Positions 18,548 to 26,532 of a stretch of DNA of 64,000 bases are shown here, piece after piece. Position 1 is the stretch's first letter; every line of letters begins with the position of its first letter. Source of the stretch: a virus; IMG/VR virus record IMGVR_UViG_3300029337_000249; one strand, 5' to 3'. The translations under genes and the position numbers were made by a program. The notes beneath the pieces were generated by a model. The model worked only from the letters and a program-made list of their open reading frames with translations. It was not told the origin of the DNA and made no database searches.

Positions 18548-18677
18548 GAGTACACGATCACAGGGAAAAAACATTGTGCAGTATATGATGCTCATCGGCC
18601 TTGATAAATCAGGGCAAAAGAGTGATATATACCATACCGCCAGACAAGAGCGGAGAAAACCGAAGGGAGAGATTCAA

Positions 18678-19157
18678 ATGAAGAACAAGAAATATTACAT
18701 CGCCTACGGCAGCAACCTGTCGGTGGAGCAGATGGCAGACCGATGCCCGGATGCAAAAATTGCAGGGCAGGCGGTGCTGGCCGGCTGGGAGCTTTTGTTC
18801 CGCGGCTGCGCCACCATCGCACCGAACCCGAAGAAGAACACGCCGGTTCTGGTGTGGGAGATCTCGGAAAGGGACGAAGGAAACCTCGACCTCTATGAGG
18901 GCTACCCGAACTACTACCGCAAGGAAGATCTGAACATTGAACTGCTCCGGGAAGGGGCAGAGCCGGAGATGGTGACCGCAATGGTCTACATCATGGAGAA
19001 CGACTTCGGGCACCGCGCACCGAGCCGGTATTACTACAAAGTTCTGCATGACGGCTACAAGGCATTCCACTTCCCGATGCACATCCTCGAAGGTGCGCTG
19101 AAGGAATGCATGGATAAGGATGCCGCCCAGAAGATGATCGGGGAGGTGCAGTCATGA
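18678..19157 (+). CDS. gamma-glutamyl cyclotransferase-like (AIG2/GGCT family) protein 2
   Basis: YIAYGSNL signature, VWEISERDEGNLDLYEG; paralog of previous gene; AGGGAGA RBS. Confidence 0.8.
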   Translation: MKNKKYYIAYGSNLSVEQMADRCPDAKIAGQAVLAGWELLFRGCATIAPNPKKNTPVLVWEISERDEGNLDLYEGYPNYYRKEDLNIELLREGAEPEMVTAMVYIMENDFGHRAPSRYYYKVLHDGYKAFHFPMHILEGALKECMDKDAAQKMIGEVQS

Positions 19158-19621
19158 ATTTCGCAGATCAGAAAATGGTCGAGAAGTTGAGAAAAGAGTT
19201 CCCGGTCGGATGTCGGATCGTCCTCGATGAGATGGATGACAGGCAGGCACTGCCCATCGGAACGCAGGGGACCTGCAACGGGGTCGATGATGCCGGAAAC
19301 ATCTTAGTGAGCTGGGACACCGGAAGCCATCTGAACGTTGCCTACGGTGCGGACAGTTGCCACCGTGTGGCTTCGGAAGTTGAGGTCAAGGTGTCGCTCG
19401 ACCGCCTTGGTAAAACGCGACAGACCGGTCCACGTTGCCCCAGGTGCGGAGCAAAGCCAGACTGCTACGACCATCAGCAGCAGGCACTCAGCCGAAGGGC
19501 GGACATCCAGATCTGTAACCGATGCGGAACGGAGGAAGCGTTAGAGGACATTGCATGGGGCGGACACCAAAACCTGCCTTTGGCAGACTGGGCAATCGTG
19601 AAAGGGGGCTGGGTCGAATGA
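19154..19621 (+). CDS. DUF4314 domain protein with C-terminal zinc ribbon
   Basis: VGCRIVLDEMDDRQALPIGTQGTCNGVDDAGNILVSWDTGSHLNV matches DUF4314; CPRCG...CNRCG ribbon. Confidence 0.7.
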   Translation: MNFADQKMVEKLRKEFPVGCRIVLDEMDDRQALPIGTQGTCNGVDDAGNILVSWDTGSHLNVAYGADSCHRVASEVEVKVSLDRLGKTRQTGPRCPRCGAKPDCYDHQQQALSRRADIQICNRCGTEEALEDIAWGGHQNLPLADWAIVKGGWVE

Positions 19622-19989
19622 AGGTCCTTCTGATCAAACCGATGGAACATCCGCAGGTGGTGGACATCGAAAACTCCCTGCAAGAGTTCTACCGCATCCT
19701 CGACTGCGACTGCATCACAGCCACATACCCGTGGGAAGAATGCGCTGCCCTGGTTACTGATGACAACGGGCTGTTCACCGAGAAGCCATTCAGCAGATAC
19801 ATCCCGGAGCTGGAGCAGCCCATCAAGGGAAACTTCTTCATTTGCGGATTGGGCGAGGAAGATTTCGCAGAGCTGCCCCAAGATCTGATTCAGAGATTCA
19901 GGGAACGCTTCTGGGTGCCGGAGGCATTTGTCAGCATGTTCGGGCAGATGGCAGTCATCCAGATGGATGACGGAACGAAGCCGGAATAA
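19618..19989 (+). CDS. DUF3846 domain protein
   Basis: MKVLLIKPMEHPQVVDIENSLQEFYRIL... matches DUF3846 N-terminus; ATGA overlap with previous gene. Confidence 0.65.
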   Translation: MKVLLIKPMEHPQVVDIENSLQEFYRILDCDCITATYPWEECAALVTDDNGLFTEKPFSRYIPELEQPIKGNFFICGLGEEDFAELPQDLIQRFRERFWVPEAFVSMFGQMAVIQMDDGTKPE

Positions 19990-20010
19990 GATACCGCAAT
20001 CAGAAAAATA

Positions 20011-20046
20011 CCCTCTCGGCCAGAAAAGACCGGGAGGGCTTGGTTT
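20011..20046 (+). terminator. rho-independent terminator candidate (CCCUCUCGG/CCGGGAGGG stem, U-rich tail)
   Basis: 9-bp stem with one G-U pair followed by CTTGGTTT. Confidence 0.45.
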
Positions 20047-20060
20047 AACAGGAGGAGCCT

Positions 20061-20252
20061 ATGGGACACAGAAAGATGCCTGCTTATGGCGAGAGGGAAC
20101 ACGGCGGCAGATACATTCTGGATGAATACGAATGGTCGAGAAATCACTGCAAGGCGGTGACCATCCGCAGATGGAAAAGAGACCTGAAAAAGAAAGCCAG
20201 GGCGCATAACCGCAGGGTGATGCATCAGGCAATGCAGGGCGAAGCCGATTAG
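20061..20252 (+). CDS. hypothetical small basic protein (63 aa)
   Basis: AGGAGGAG RBS 6 nt upstream of ATG. Confidence 0.45.
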   Translation: MGHRKMPAYGEREHGGRYILDEYEWSRNHCKAVTIRRWKRDLKKKARAHNRRVMHQAMQGEAD

Positions 20253-20416
20253 ACGGAAAATGGGGGCCTCAAAAGAATGAGAACCCCCTTCCAGTTTACT
20301 GTATGTTACCTCTATAAAGCAACGATAGCAAGAAGAACCGCCGCCATAATGTACACAAACATCTGGCAGCGGTTTTGTGTATCATACCAAACCAAAACGA
20401 AGGGTACGAGGCAGAG

Positions 20417-20434
20417 CCCCAGCCTCTGCTGGGG
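20417..20434. terminator. hairpin CCCCAGC-ctct-GCTGGGG between convergent genes (possible bidirectional terminator)
   Basis: Perfect 7-bp inverted repeat between + gene ending 20252 and - gene ending 20452. Confidence 0.35.
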
Positions 20435-20451
20435 GAGCCTTTGGGGATCCC

Positions 20452-20703
20452 TTAGAAGAAATCCCTCATGCTCATGCCGACCTCGTTCAGTCGTTCCTCC
20501 ATGCAGTGGTAGTGCCAATCCTCTTCCTCTTCTTTGTCTTCTTCCTCAAGCTCCTCTGGAAAAGGGTCGTGCCGCCAGCCGGCTTTCTGGTATTCTTCTT
20601 CCCGGATGTCGTTGCGGTCGTAAATGTCCAGCTCGTATTCTTCTTCAAGCTCTGCGATGCGGTTTTCGATTGCGGCTTCAACTTCTGTAATGGTCTTTTT
20701 CAT
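20452..20703 (-). CDS. small acidic protein (84 aa), only minus-strand gene in this block
   Basis: Minus-strand ATG at 20703 with GGAGGA RBS (rc of 20710-20716); sequence MKKTITEVEAAIENRIAELEEEYELDIYD...EEEDKEEEEDWHYHC. Confidence 0.55.
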   Translation of the reverse strand: MKKTITEVEAAIENRIAELEEEYELDIYDRNDIREEEYQKAGWRHDPFPEELEEEDKEEEEDWHYHCMEERLNEVGMSMRDFF

Positions 20704-20853
20704 GGTTTTTGTCCTCCGTTTTTGGTTTGGTTTTCTTTGCTTTCGTTGTGTGTATAATGCCGCAGAAACACATATATAGCAAGTCAATCAGGGGTCATAT
20801 ATGTACCAAACATGAGGGACGAAGATCGTTGATAATATGACGTTTTATGGCCT

Positions 20854-20882
20854 TGCTATCACAGGGCGGTGACGGTAATATA
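20854..20882 (+). promoter_or_regulatory. repeated promoter cassette copy (-35 TTGCTA, 17 nt, -10 TAATAT)
   Basis: Conserved GGCCTTGCTAT...GACGGTAATATACAGCTAC...AAAGGGGG. Confidence 0.55.
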
Positions 20883-20912
20883 CAGCTACAAAAAGCAAAG
20901 GGGGACAGAAAA

Positions 20913-21089
20913 ATGGCTGATTGGAGAACATGGAAAAAAGGAAGAAAGACAACATGGCACTGGAACGAATTCGATGGTAGCGGAAGCCGGGAAGGAATCA
21001 TCACCGAGGTTCATGAAGACCATGCGATTATGGAAGCAGACGGCATGCACCTCTGGATCGACGATGACACGGCAGAGATGTTCAGCTAA
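20913..21089 (+). CDS. hypothetical small protein (58 aa)
   Basis: ATG 7 nt after AAAGGGGGA RBS of cassette. Confidence 0.5.
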   Translation: MADWRTWKKGRKTTWHWNEFDGSGSREGIITEVHEDHAIMEADGMHLWIDDDTAEMFS

Positions 21090-21169
21090 GAAAACGGGGA
21101 GGGAAACCTCCCCGGATAAACACATAAATCCACCAGATCAGGGTGCAGATGATCATGTACTTTAGCCGC

Positions 21170-21198
21170 TTGATAGTGTCCGGCAGTGACGGTAATAT
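21170..21198 (+). promoter_or_regulatory. repeated promoter cassette copy (-35 TTGATA, 17 nt, -10 TAATAT)
   Basis: Conserved CACATAAAT...GATGATCATGTACTTTAGCCGCTTGATAGTGT...GACGGTAATATACAGCTACC. Confidence 0.55.
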
Positions 21199-21228
21199 AC
21201 AGCTACCAAAACGAAAGGGGCAAAGAAC

Positions 21229-21435
21229 ATGGAACGCTACACTTACGAGATTACCTTTACACGGCTGGATGGACAGCCGGATGAAATCCAGCAGCACACC
21301 AGTGAGGAGCTGGCAAGAGAATGCTTCCGGCTTTTCGATGAGCCGGACAGCGCAGAGATGTACAGCAAAATTGAATTTAGCCGCCATGACTGGGAGACAG
21401 GCATGGATGAGATTCTGGAAACGATGACATTTTGA
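21229..21435 (+). CDS. hypothetical small protein (68 aa)
   Basis: Follows cassette RBS AAAGGGGC. Confidence 0.5.
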   Translation: MERYTYEITFTRLDGQPDEIQQHTSEELARECFRLFDEPDSAEMYSKIEFSRHDWETGMDEILETMTF

Positions 21436-21450
21436 GAGGAGAACAAAAAC

Positions 21451-21711
21451 ATGACCTACACAAAAATCAACCTTTATCTTGCAAACGGAATTCCAGAGGC
21501 ACTCAGCAACCTCTGGTACGGAAGCGACAGTGCGGTGGTCGAGATCAGGGATGCCGTTGAGGATGCGAAGAACGGCAAGGACCTTCTGAACCGCATCCAG
21601 AAGATGAAGCTCTTTCGGAAATTCACCCTCGACAGGGAGAACGACAAGCGCATCCGCTTCAAGGGAACGGACTGCTGGGGCAACGTAAGCTACCTCGAAA
21701 TCATCCGCTAA
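21451..21711 (+). CDS. hypothetical small protein (86 aa)
   Basis: GAGAGGAG RBS; no domain. Confidence 0.5.
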   Translation: MTYTKINLYLANGIPEALSNLWYGSDSAVVEIRDAVEDAKNGKDLLNRIQKMKLFRKFTLDRENDKRIRFKGTDCWGNVSYLEIIR

Positions 21712-21840
21712 AGGCAAGAACGACAGGCGCAAGGGGCTGGAAATGACCAGCCTTTTGCTCGTGTCTGTCTTCCGAAAGCTGGCATGAAAAGCACATAAAT
21801 ATGACAATTACAGGATTGAATGATCGTGTAGTTTAGCCGC

Positions 21841-21869
21841 TTGATAGTGTTTCGAGGTGACGGTAATAT
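21841..21869 (+). promoter_or_regulatory. repeated promoter cassette copy (-35 TTGATA, 17 nt, -10 TAATAT)
   Basis: Same conserved flanks (GTAGTTTAGCCGCTTGATAGTGT / GACGGTAATATACAGTCACCGAAAGGGG). Confidence 0.55.
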
Positions 21870-21913
21870 ACAGTCACCGAAAGGGGAAAACAACAAAAAC
21901 GGAGGATACGACA

Positions 21914-22363
21914 ATGACGAAGAACGAAGACCGCATCAATAAACTTTTCAAGGAACTGGTACCGGATACGGGCAAGGCAGACAGCCTCGCAGGGGAGCTG
22001 GTAAGGGCAATGAGCCGCATCGGATACCGCTTTTACAACGACGGCGACCAGCTGGGCATCGGCTACGGCAAGGAAACCTGCAACCCTGCAGGGCGGTTCC
22101 TTGGAGCCAAGGGCAACGACAAAATCGCAAAGCTGACTGCAGATGCCTGGGCAGTCTACAGTGAGGAAGCCTACGAAAAGGTTCTGGACATCCTTTGCGG
22201 AGCGGTTGCCGACTATGTTGAGCAGAACCCAGACCTTAGAAACCAGCCGACCGAAGATATGTGGGACTTCAAGGATGAGGAAGAAGACCAGGATGACAGC
22301 TGGGATGAAGAGGAAGATGACTGGGGCGAAGAGGAAGATTACGAGGACGAAGAAGACTACTAA
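21914..22363 (+). CDS. hypothetical protein (149 aa) with extremely acidic W/D/E-rich C-terminal tail
   Basis: GGAGGA RBS; tail SWDEEEDDWGEEEDYEDEEDY. Confidence 0.55.
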   Translation: MTKNEDRINKLFKELVPDTGKADSLAGELVRAMSRIGYRFYNDGDQLGIGYGKETCNPAGRFLGAKGNDKIAKLTADAWAVYSEEAYEKVLDILCGAVADYVEQNPDLRNQPTEDMWDFKDEEEDQDDSWDEEEDDWGEEEDYEDEEDY

Positions 22364-22460
22364 GCCAGAGAAACACATGGGGCTTGCCGGTAACGGCAGC
22401 CCTTTTCTTCTGCTGTAATACGCACAGTTCCGGGCGGCTATCTTTGTGTAGTATAGCCGC

Positions 22461-22489
22461 TTGATAGTGTGTGACATAGACGGTAATAT
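22461..22489 (+). promoter_or_regulatory. repeated promoter cassette copy
   Basis: GTATAGCCGCTTGATAGTGT...GACGGTAATATGCACATACCGAAACGG. Confidence 0.55.
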
Positions 22490-22533
22490 GCACATACCGA
22501 AACGGAAAACCAAGAAAAACGGAGGAAACCACC

Positions 22534-22725
22534 ATGAAGAAGAACATCACCAAGGAAGAGGAAAAAGCCCTGCTGGAGATCGCCAAGCGCCTGATGGCAG
22601 CGGTGGACAGCCGAGGCGACCTCGAAGCCCGCGACAATGACAGCGAGGACTTCATTGAGGTTCCGGTCTGGGGCATCCAGAAAGCAATGGAGGAAGCCTA
22701 CCTGCTGGGACGGATGACCAGATAA
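22534..22725 (+). CDS. hypothetical small protein (63 aa)
   Basis: GGAGGAAACC RBS. Confidence 0.5.
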   Translation: MKKNITKEEEKALLEIAKRLMAAVDSRGDLEARDNDSEDFIEVPVWGIQKAMEEAYLLGRMTR

Positions 22726-22853
22726 ACCGGCAGCCCCCGACACAGCCCCACACAGGGGCTTGTGCCACGGGTGGCAAAACGATCCGAAGGAACCGACAAC
22801 GCCCCACACAGGGGCAGATGTGGCGGCGTGGATGCGCCGGGAAGGAGAAGCAC

Positions 22854-23060
22854 ATGGAAGAACGGATGATGAATAACATCGTGGAAATCTACAACCACAT
22901 GGATGACAGCGATAAGGATGCCTTCACGTTGGAAGATGCCGAGGATATGGTGGAAGACCAGATCAGGATGGATAAGGAAGCCGGACGGGAACCGCTGGCA
23001 TATGACCCGCAGTTCTTCTACGATACCATTGTGGAACTCATGGAGCAGGACGAAGAGTGA
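22854..23060 (+). CDS. hypothetical small acidic protein (68 aa)
   Basis: GGAAGGAG RBS before ATG 22854. Confidence 0.45.
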   Translation: MEERMMNNIVEIYNHMDDSDKDAFTLEDAEDMVEDQIRMDKEAGREPLAYDPQFFYDTIVELMEQDEE

Positions 23061-23109
23061 TGTACATTCTGCCTGGTATTCCGGGCAGAAGATCGTGTAC
23101 TTTAGCCGC

Positions 23110-23138
23110 TTGCTATCCTTTGCACCTGACGGTAATAT
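23110..23138 (+). promoter_or_regulatory. repeated promoter cassette copy (-35 TTGCTA)
   Basis: GTACTTTAGCCGCTTGCTATCCTTTGCACCTGACGGTAATATGCACATACCGAAAGGG. Confidence 0.55.
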
Positions 23139-23195
23139 GCACATACCGAAAGGGAAAAGCCACAAGGGAAAAACGAAAACACGGAGGATTTTACC

Positions 23196-23480
23196 ATGAA
23201 AAAGCATTTGATCGACTTTCCAGAAAACAACATCAGCATTGAGAGTTTCTACGACCGACTCAGACCTTGCTACGACAGCATCATGCAGTTCGGTGACCGG
23301 GTTTTGGTTGCCCAGATGAACTGGAACGGCATGCTGGAGGGAGCGGTATACGGATTTGTGGAAGACCCAGAGGAAGGCTGGTCACCGATTGAGTGCCGAC
23401 TGGAGCTTCTGAAGATTTCCGATGAGATCTACACGGATGCCGGTCACGCGATCGAGTGGTGCATCAGGAACGCACACTGA
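23196..23480 (+). CDS. hypothetical protein (94 aa)
   Basis: GGAGGATTTTACC RBS. Confidence 0.5.
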   Translation: MKKHLIDFPENNISIESFYDRLRPCYDSIMQFGDRVLVAQMNWNGMLEGAVYGFVEDPEEGWSPIECRLELLKISDEIYTDAGHAIEWCIRNAH

Positions 23481-23594
23481 AAAAAGAGAAGAGCTCCTTC
23501 GGGAGCTTTTGCTCGTAGTGGTGAGATTTCCCCAGTGTGGAAATACACATAAATCCGACAAAATCATGCGCAGATGATCGTGCAGCATAGCCGC

Positions 23595-23623
23595 TTGCAT
23601 GTGTGTCGGATAGACGGTAATAT
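23595..23623 (+). promoter_or_regulatory. repeated promoter cassette copy (-35 TTGCAT)
   Basis: CACATAAATCCGAC...GATGATCGTGCAGCATAGCCGCTTGCATGTGT...GACGGTAATATACAGTCAC. Confidence 0.5.
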
Positions 23624-23681
23624 ACAGTCACAACGAAGGGGAAAGCCCTACGGAAAACAAAACACACGGAGGATACAGACC

Positions 23682-24059
23682 ATGACGAACAAAGCAAAAA
23701 CCTACCTTAGGAACATTCAGGAAGCCGATACCGAGAAGAAGCTGATTGGCATCGAGATCGCCTTCAAGCAGGACATGACCCTTAGCTGCAACGACCTCGG
23801 AAGCCTTTGCAGGGCGGCAGAGGACAGGCGGTACAGCCTGCGTAACAATGAGGAGACGCTGAAGCTGAAGCAGATCCTTTTCTTCCGGACGAAAGCGGAG
23901 ATGGATGCCTACCACGACATGAGCCGCAAGCCGGAAGACTGGACGGAAGCGGAGATCGAGCAGCAGAGAAGCCGCTTCTGCAGCGTCTGGCAGGTCATCG
24001 AGGAAGCAGAACTGGTCGATGAATACGAGGCTTGGAAGGAAGCCAACCCCAACGCCTAA
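23682..24059 (+). CDS. hypothetical protein (125 aa)
   Basis: GGAGGATACAGACC RBS. Confidence 0.5.
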   Translation: MTNKAKTYLRNIQEADTEKKLIGIEIAFKQDMTLSCNDLGSLCRAAEDRRYSLRNNEETLKLKQILFFRTKAEMDAYHDMSRKPEDWTEAEIEQQRSRFCSVWQVIEEAELVDEYEAWKEANPNA

Positions 24060-24181
24060 CAGCACCCAAAAGGTACACGCCCCGAAAAGGGGCTGTGCCT
24101 CGTATCCGATGTGTTTGATATAGATTTCAAGGACTTCTTCGGAGGTCCTTTTTCTTTACCCATTTTCGAGGAGAGGAGGAG

Positions 24182-24667
24182 ATGCCAATGGCTACCAGAG
24201 GCAGAAAACCAAAGCCGACCGCCATGAAGGAACTGGAAGGCAATCCGGGCAAGCATCCGCTGAATACCAGCGAACCGAAGCCCAACAAGAAAGCGCCGGC
24301 CTGTCCGAAGTGGCTGGAGCCGGAAGCAAAGAAAGAATGGCGCAGACTTGCCAAACAGATGGAAGCCATCGGCATCCTGACCGAAGTGGACATGGCGGCC
24401 TTTGCCGGTTACTGTCAGGCGTATGCCCGATGGAAGGAGGCAGAGGAGTTCATCACCCAGCACGGCACTATCGTCAAGACCCCGTCCGGGTACTGGCAGC
24501 AGGTGCCGCAGGTGTCCATCGCCCAGACCTATCTGAAGATCATGAACAAGTTTGCAGAGCAGTTCGGTCTGACCCCGTCCTCCCGAAGCCGGATCATTGC
24601 TTCGGACGGCGGTCCTGCGGATGCAGCTGATGAGATGGAGAATCTGCTGGGAGGAGGTGGAAGCTGA
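24182..24667 (+). CDS. terS: terminase small subunit, P27 family
   Basis: MATRGRKPKPTAMKELEGNPGKH...KWLEPEAKKEWRRLAKQME...AFAGYCQAY matches phage_term_smal P27 family. Confidence 0.85.
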   Translation: MPMATRGRKPKPTAMKELEGNPGKHPLNTSEPKPNKKAPACPKWLEPEAKKEWRRLAKQMEAIGILTEVDMAAFAGYCQAYARWKEAEEFITQHGTIVKTPSGYWQQVPQVSIAQTYLKIMNKFAEQFGLTPSSRSRIIASDGGPADAADEMENLLGGGGS

Positions 24668-26292
24668 TGGCAGAGTGCAGACCCCAAAACTATCCGAAAC
24701 TGAAGGACTACAAACCCAGCCGGTTCATGCTTCCGACCTGCCATTACGATGCCGCAAAAGCAGACCGGGCAGTGACTTTTATCGAAAACCTGCGTCATAC
24801 CAAAGGCAAGTGGGCGGGCAAGCGGTTCTGGCTGCTTCCTTGGCAGGAGCAGATCATCCGGGATGTGTTCGGCATCGTGGACGAAAAAGGGAACCGTCAG
24901 TTTCGCACGGCTTATGTCGAAATCGGCAAGAAAAATGGAAAATCCGAGCTTGCCGCTGCGGTGGCCTTGTATCTGCTTTTTGCCGATAATGAGCCATCTG
25001 CCGAAGTCTATGGTGCGGCGGCTGACCGCCAGCAGGCATCCATTGTTTTTGATGTTGCCCACCAGATGGTGCAGATGACCCCGGCACTTTTGAAACGGTG
25101 CAAGATCATGGCAGCCACCAAGCGCATCGTGAACTACGGGAACGCAGGATTTTATCAGGTTCTGTCTGCCGAAGTTGGTACGAAGCACGGTCTGAACGTG
25201 TCAGGTCTGGTGCTGGATGAGGTTCATGCCCAGCCAAACCGAAAACTCTACGATGTCCTTACCAAAGGTTCCGGTGATGCCCGTGAGCAGCCGTTGTTCT
25301 TCCTGATCACCACGGCCGGCACGGACAAGGAGAGCATCTGCTACGAGCTCCACATGAAAGCACTTGACCTGTTGGCCGGACGCAAGATCGACCACACCTT
25401 CTACCCCGTGGTCTACGGTTTGACCGATGAGGATGATTGGCACGATGAAGCCAACTGGTATAAAGCCAATCCCTCTCTCGGCCAGACCATCCAGATCCAG
25501 CGTGTCCGGGATGCATACCAGGAAGCACTGGATAACCCGGCAGAGGAGAACGTGTTCAAGCAGCTCCGTCTGAATATGTGGGTGTCCTCGTTGACCCGGT
25601 TTATACCGGAACACATCTACAACCTCGGCAATCAGCCAATCGATATGGAAGCCCTCAAAGGCCGTGACTGTTATGGAGGACTGGACTTGTCCAGCACCGG
25701 AGATATCACGGCTTTTGTGCTGATGTTCCCGCCCAGAGTTCCAGAGGAGAAGTACATCATGCTTCCGTTTTTCTGGATACCGGAGGATACGATCCCCCAG
25801 CGGGTGCGCAGGGCATCCGTTCCGTATGATGTCTGGTATCAGCAGGGCTACCTGATGGCGACAGAAGGCAATGTCATCCACTACGGATTTATTGAAAAGG
25901 TCATCGAGGAACTAGGCAAGACCTACCATATTTTAGAGATTGCCTTTGACCGATGGGGAGCCGTGCAGATGACCCAGAATCTTGAGGGGATGGGATTCAC
26001 AGTCGTTCCTTTCGGTCAGGGCTTTAAAGATATGAGCCCGCCTACCAAGGAGTTCTACAAGCTCCTGATGGAAGGCAGGATCATCCACGGCGGCAATCCG
26101 GTTATGGCATGGATGGCGGGGAATGTGGTCGTGGATACCGACCCGGCTGGCAACATCAAGCCGACCAAGGCGAAGTCGCCGGAGAAGATCGATGGTATCG
26201 TCGCTGCGATCATGGCACTGGACCGCTGCATCCGAAATGAAGGTCAGCAGCAGGGAAGCGTCTACGACGAACGTGACATGATCGTTTTTTGA
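24667..26292 (+). CDS. terL: terminase large subunit
   Basis: Terminase_1-type N-terminal ATPase (KWAGKRFWLLPWQEQI, Walker A-like GKKNGKSELAA) and C-terminal nuclease; ATGA overlap with terS. Confidence 0.92.
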   Translation: MAECRPQNYPKLKDYKPSRFMLPTCHYDAAKADRAVTFIENLRHTKGKWAGKRFWLLPWQEQIIRDVFGIVDEKGNRQFRTAYVEIGKKNGKSELAAAVALYLLFADNEPSAEVYGAAADRQQASIVFDVAHQMVQMTPALLKRCKIMAATKRIVNYGNAGFYQVLSAEVGTKHGLNVSGLVLDEVHAQPNRKLYDVLTKGSGDAREQPLFFLITTAGTDKESICYELHMKALDLLAGRKIDHTFYPVVYGLTDEDDWHDEANWYKANPSLGQTIQIQRVRDAYQEALDNPAEENVFKQLRLNMWVSSLTRFIPEHIYNLGNQPIDMEALKGRDCYGGLDLSSTGDITAFVLMFPPRVPEEKYIMLPFFWIPEDTIPQRVRRASVPYDVWYQQGYLMATEGNVIHYGFIEKVIEELGKTYHILEIAFDRWGAVQMTQNLEGMGFTVVPFGQGFKDMSPPTKEFYKLLMEGRIIHGGNPVMAWMAGNVVVDTDPAGNIKPTKAKSPEKIDGIVAAIMALDRCIRNEGQQQGSVYDERDMIVF

Positions 26293-26316
26293 TATGAAGA
26301 TTTGGAGGAAAACACA

Positions 26317-26532
26317 ATGAAGTATCTGATGAGTGCAGAATGGTGGAAGGCAGCCGGCATCCGTGCTGCAAAGACGATGTTCCAGACTGGTGCGGCTCTG
26401 GTCGTGACACAGATGCCCGGCGGCACTGTGGACTGGGTTGCAGTTGGCAGCGCGGCTATTGTGGCAGGTGTTGCGTCCCTTGGTACCAGCCTTGCCGGCC
26501 TGCCGGAACTGGAGAAAGGAGATAAGGCTTAA
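26317..26532 (+). CDS. small hydrophobic protein (71 aa) between terL and portal
   Basis: GGAGGAAAAC RBS; predicted TM-like stretches. Confidence 0.45.
   Translation: MKYLMSAEWWKAAGIRAAKTMFQTGAALVVTQMPGGTVDWVAVGSAAIVAGVASLGTSLAGLPELEKGDKA

Noticed and set aside
15295-23650. The repeated 60-90-bp elements considered as a CRISPR-like or MITE array
   Set aside because: Spacing is irregular (200-700 bp) and each unit has textbook -35/17-nt/-10 promoter geometry followed by an RBS and a gene. They are promoter cassettes, not CRISPR repeats or transposons.
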